Source: the human T2T-CHM13v2.0 reference genome, Homo sapiens. From it: a DNA stretch of 64,000 nt. Made by a program: the position numbers and the translations under genes. The notes under the pieces are model-generated. The model saw only the letters and a program-made list of their open reading frames with translations. It had not been told where the DNA came from and did not search any database. The stretch is from NCBI RefSeq assembly GCF_009914755.1, contig NC_060947.1. One strand, written 5' to 3'. Positions 60,480 to 64,000 of the stretch are shown in pieces. How positions within the stretch are numbered: the stretch's first letter is position 1; every line of letters starts with the position of its first letter.

Positions 60480-60697
60480 TCATGGAGGGCAAACCTTAAC
60501 TCCATTCTATTTTTGAGGGAAGTCTTCTCGACCCATTTGCACAAATGAATTTCCTTATAGGCAGCCTTAACAAAGAAGGGGGCTCATGGAATATTCATTC
60601 ATTTACTTATTTGTTCTCTGCCCAAATATTGTTGAGCTACTAATGCTCTCACTACTGTATACATGATCCTTGCCCTCTAGGAACCTATGTATGTAGG

Positions 60698-61140
60698 TAA
60701 TATAGTTTGGATATTTTTTCCTATCCAAATCTCATGTTGAAATGTAATCTCCAATGTTGGAGGTGGGACCTTGTGGGAGGTGTTTGGATTATGGGGGTGG
60801 ATCCCTCATGAATGGCTTGGGCCTTCTCCTTGGTGATAAGTGAGCTCTTGCTCTGAGTTCACATGAGATGGGTTCATTTAAAAGTGTGTGGCACCTACTC
60901 CCCCGACTCTACTGCTTTCTCTTTCTCTCTTACTCCTGCTTTCACCATGTGAAATGCCTGCTCCTGTTATACCTTTTGCCATGATTGAACACTCCCTTAG
61001 GCCTCATCAAAAGCTGAGCAGATACCAGGACCATGCTTCCTATAAAGCCTGCAGAATCATAAGCCAATTAAACCTTTTTTCTTTATAAATTGCCCAGTCT
61101 CATATATTTCTTTATAGCAATGCATGAATGGCCTAATACA
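60698..61140 (+). mobile_element. MST (MSTA/B-like) MaLR solo LTR
   Basis: aaatctcatgttgaaatgtaatc..ccaattaaacctttttctttataaatt..cctaataca; 5-bp TSD gtagg/gcagg. Confidence 0.92.
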
Positions 61141-61256
61141 GCAGGAAAGACAAATAACTTTAATATAAGTATAGCAGGACAGGATTCTTCATTCCTTTAA
61201 CTCTTTTCATTTCTTCTCCTTATTTCTGGGGCAGGGGGGTGGGGGGGATCAAGAAT

Positions 61257-61484
<228 letters not shown>

Positions 61485-62390
61485 GGAGCAAATTTTTCAC
61501 ATAATGATATCAAAGTTTTACTATTAATGATGTGTAATATAAGCAAGAAGAAAGGTCATATGGTTTCTCTATGCTAAAAGAGACTGTAAGAAGCCATTGG
61601 ATGGAAAGATCCATCATCATCACCTCCCGTCTGCCAGAATGAAGAATCTCTGGCCTTTATCACAATCAATATTCCAGCCCATTTGGAAAACCTACAGGAA
61701 GGGGCTGGAACATGGTAGAAGGGAGAGGAGGGAGACCAGGGGCTGTCATCAGACATGAGTTTTGATTGGACTGAAAGGAAAGCCAATAGGTAAAGTGAAT
61801 AACCCTTTTGTGCTACCCTCTGAAATCTGAGTGTGTTTATGATGGACTACTAGTTAGAAATGGGCTATTCTTGCATATCATTTCAAGGTGTTTTGCAAAA
61901 TAATCGTGGTGTTACCTAAATCAAAATGTACCGTGTTATAAGAGTGACGAAGTGACATGGGGGTTCCACATTAGTATGATCAGAGAAGTATCAAGCATGA
62001 TTTCCAACCCCCTAAATATCTCTCCATAAAGAGCTTAGAACCTGAAATGTTATCATTGATGCCTAACACATTTGTCTTAAACATTACTTTCTTTCTACAT
62101 TGTTTATTTCAGCGAGCAAGCCACCTTAGTCTTAAAGAGTTGGTGGGATGAGGGGTGGGACTGGCTGTAAGATGGAAGATGTACCTCTTCATTCTCATTT
62201 GCAAAGGCTCTGTTTTTAATCATTTTTAGGGATCTCACTAATACTGCTAATCTGGTCGTTGTTTCTCAGAACTCCCTGAATATGAAGCAGAATGCACATG
62301 AGAATGGAGTGCAACTGAATTGCTCTGTGCTAGATTCTAGACAAGGGAGAGCTTGCTGCTCAGGCTTTGGCTCTGTTGGAAGTAAATCTT

Positions 62391-62941
62391 ATTCTTTGGG
62401 TGATAGGCCCTGCCCTTTTAAGTGGTGCAAGATTTTCATTTTGTGTACCTAAAGAAACAGATCTCAAAATAAAACCAGCTACTCAGAAACAATGTGGCTG
62501 TGACATGCACAAAATGGATACATGGCCAGGAGTAGTGTTCAATATCAGCCAAGAATAGTGGGCTAGATGCTATCAGTGGGGGCTGCTTTTGGTGCTTCCA
62601 GAATAAGCTCTATTCAGATATCCCCATCAGTCTTCCCTAGAACGTTAATGTTTATCTAGTCCCACATATGCGGTTCTCTTTTCCTCCTTCTCTTCCTGGC
62701 GGCTTCCCTGATATGTTCAATGCCTGAATGCCTCTCTGTGCTATCTATGGGCAGAGGAAATATAGCAGGAAGTGTAGGGAGCAGCTCAAAAGTTGTAATA
62801 AAATGGCCATGTGCTCATTTTGTGCATGTTGTGGCCACACTGTTCCTGGGTAGCTAGTTTTATTCTGAGATCTGTTCCTTTAAGAACACAAAATGAAAAT
62901 CTTGCACCACTTGAAAAAGTAGGGCCTATCACCCAAAGAAT
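62391..62941. repeat. Long inverted repeat (138-bp arms, 275-bp spacer)
   Basis: 62391-62528 versus the reverse complement of 62804-62941 aligns without gaps, 119/138 identical by hand count. Confidence 0.95.
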
Positions 62942-63088
62942 CAGAGAGCAGCAAGTGACTCTCGGGTACCTTCCCCTCACCCCCTACATACCCCAAGCCT
63001 CTTCCTCCTTCCATTCTCAATCTCCTGATGTACGCTTGTCAATATAAGGGACACAGAGTTGAGTTACATCATTAAAACAGACCATCAT

Positions 63089-63390
63089 TGGCCAGGCACA
63101 GTGGCTCATGCCTGTAATCCCAGCACTTTGGGAGGCTGAAGCAGGAGGATATTTGAGGCCAGGAGTTCAAGACCAGCCTGGCCTACAGAATAAGACCCTG
63201 TATCTACAATATTTTTTTTAAAATTAGCCAGGCATGGTGGTGCTGGCCTGTAGACCCAACTAGTTATGAGGCTGAGGTAGGAGGATCACTTGGGCCCAGG
63301 AGGTCAAGGCTGCAGTGAGCTATGATCATGCCACTGCACTCCAACCTGGGTGACAGAACAAGGCTTTGTCTCCAAAACAATTTAACAAAA
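63089..63390 (+). mobile_element. AluJ
   Basis: ggccaggcacagtggctcatgcc..cccaggaggtcaaggctgcagtgagctatgatc. Confidence 0.93.
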
Positions 63391-63409
63391 TATAGAGGAA
63401 AGAATAAGT

Positions 63410-63680
63410 TCCTGGGGTTTAGGAGGCCTAGTTGAGCCATTATTTAGTTGTGTGACCTTGGACAAATCTCTTTTGATTCCTGGGCCTCAGTAAATGAGGG
63501 GAAAGGTAGGCTGCATTGCTAAGGATCTTGAAAGTTCTGATATTCAAAAAGTAAAAAGAGAGCATACACCTTGGCTCTGTGTTTGTATCCGACCTTAGAC
63601 AAATCACTTGCCCTATATGTATCTAAGTTTCTCTATCTAGAATATGGGAGGCTGAACTACATTGTTACTAATAGCCCTGC
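63410..63680 (+). mobile_element. Two MIR fragments
   Basis: tgtgtgaccttggacaaatc..ctgggcctcagt; gaccttagacaaatcactt..agtttctctatct. Confidence 0.65.
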
Positions 63681-64000
63681 CAATCCTGACATGCTATGCA
63701 GCATTTCCTGAAACCAGACCAGGTGCTGACTACCTATGACAAAGAAAGTCATGAAGCATTTTGGGAGAAGAAAGTTGTCTCTTGCTTCCTGGTGCATGTG
63801 CTCGAGGGTCTGGCATAACTCATGGGATGGGTCCAATTTGCCAATAGTTGCATTTTTGTTTGCTTGATTTCTTGTCAAGACAAGTGTGCAATCCATTCTG
63901 TGAATATAATTAAAGCAGCTGAGGAGAGCACCCTTCAGTTCTCAAGAGTTAGAGATTCTAGTTCTCTCCAAAGGAGGAAATACATTTGCATTGGGAGCTA

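Noticed and set aside
62367-62980. Pair of paralogous small proteins (63 and 64 aa)
   Set aside because: Similarity comes from the DNA inverted repeat; both use non-ATG starts and most differences change the amino acid.

Overview
Primate (ape-like) non-coding genomic DNA, mostly interspersed repeats. I find no host protein-coding exon, RNA gene or CRISPR array. The recognisable ORFs are broken pieces of L1 ORF1/ORF2/ORF0, Tigger1 transposase and ERV-L gag/pol; the rest look like chance or antisense frames. The window holds three young minus-strand L1PA elements (5' end at 1-2391, full-length at 36624-42845, 3' part at 57998-60250), older L1PA/L1PB/L1M elements, HAL1, about 14 Alu-family copies, MaLR/ERVL LTRs, L2/MIR relics and DNA transposons (MER1B x2, MER47A, MER5A, Tigger1). 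Most notable: (i) an ~140-bp-arm, 86%-identical ungapped inverted repeat in apparently unique DNA at 62.4-62.9 kb; (ii) two L1 insertions that break at the same nucleotide 45 nt from the L1 3' end, one giving a duplicated 3' end and one a twin-primed inversion; (iii) two candidate ancient L1 3' transductions; (iv) an inverted MER1B dimer with a pre-miRNA-sized junction hairpin; (v) a TSD-less truncated AluY suggesting an insertion-mediated deletion; (vi) an ~18.5-kb nest of insertions inside one L2; (vii) a full CTCF core match. Subfamily names come from recalled consensus sequences, not a database search, and boundaries of old repeats are approximate.
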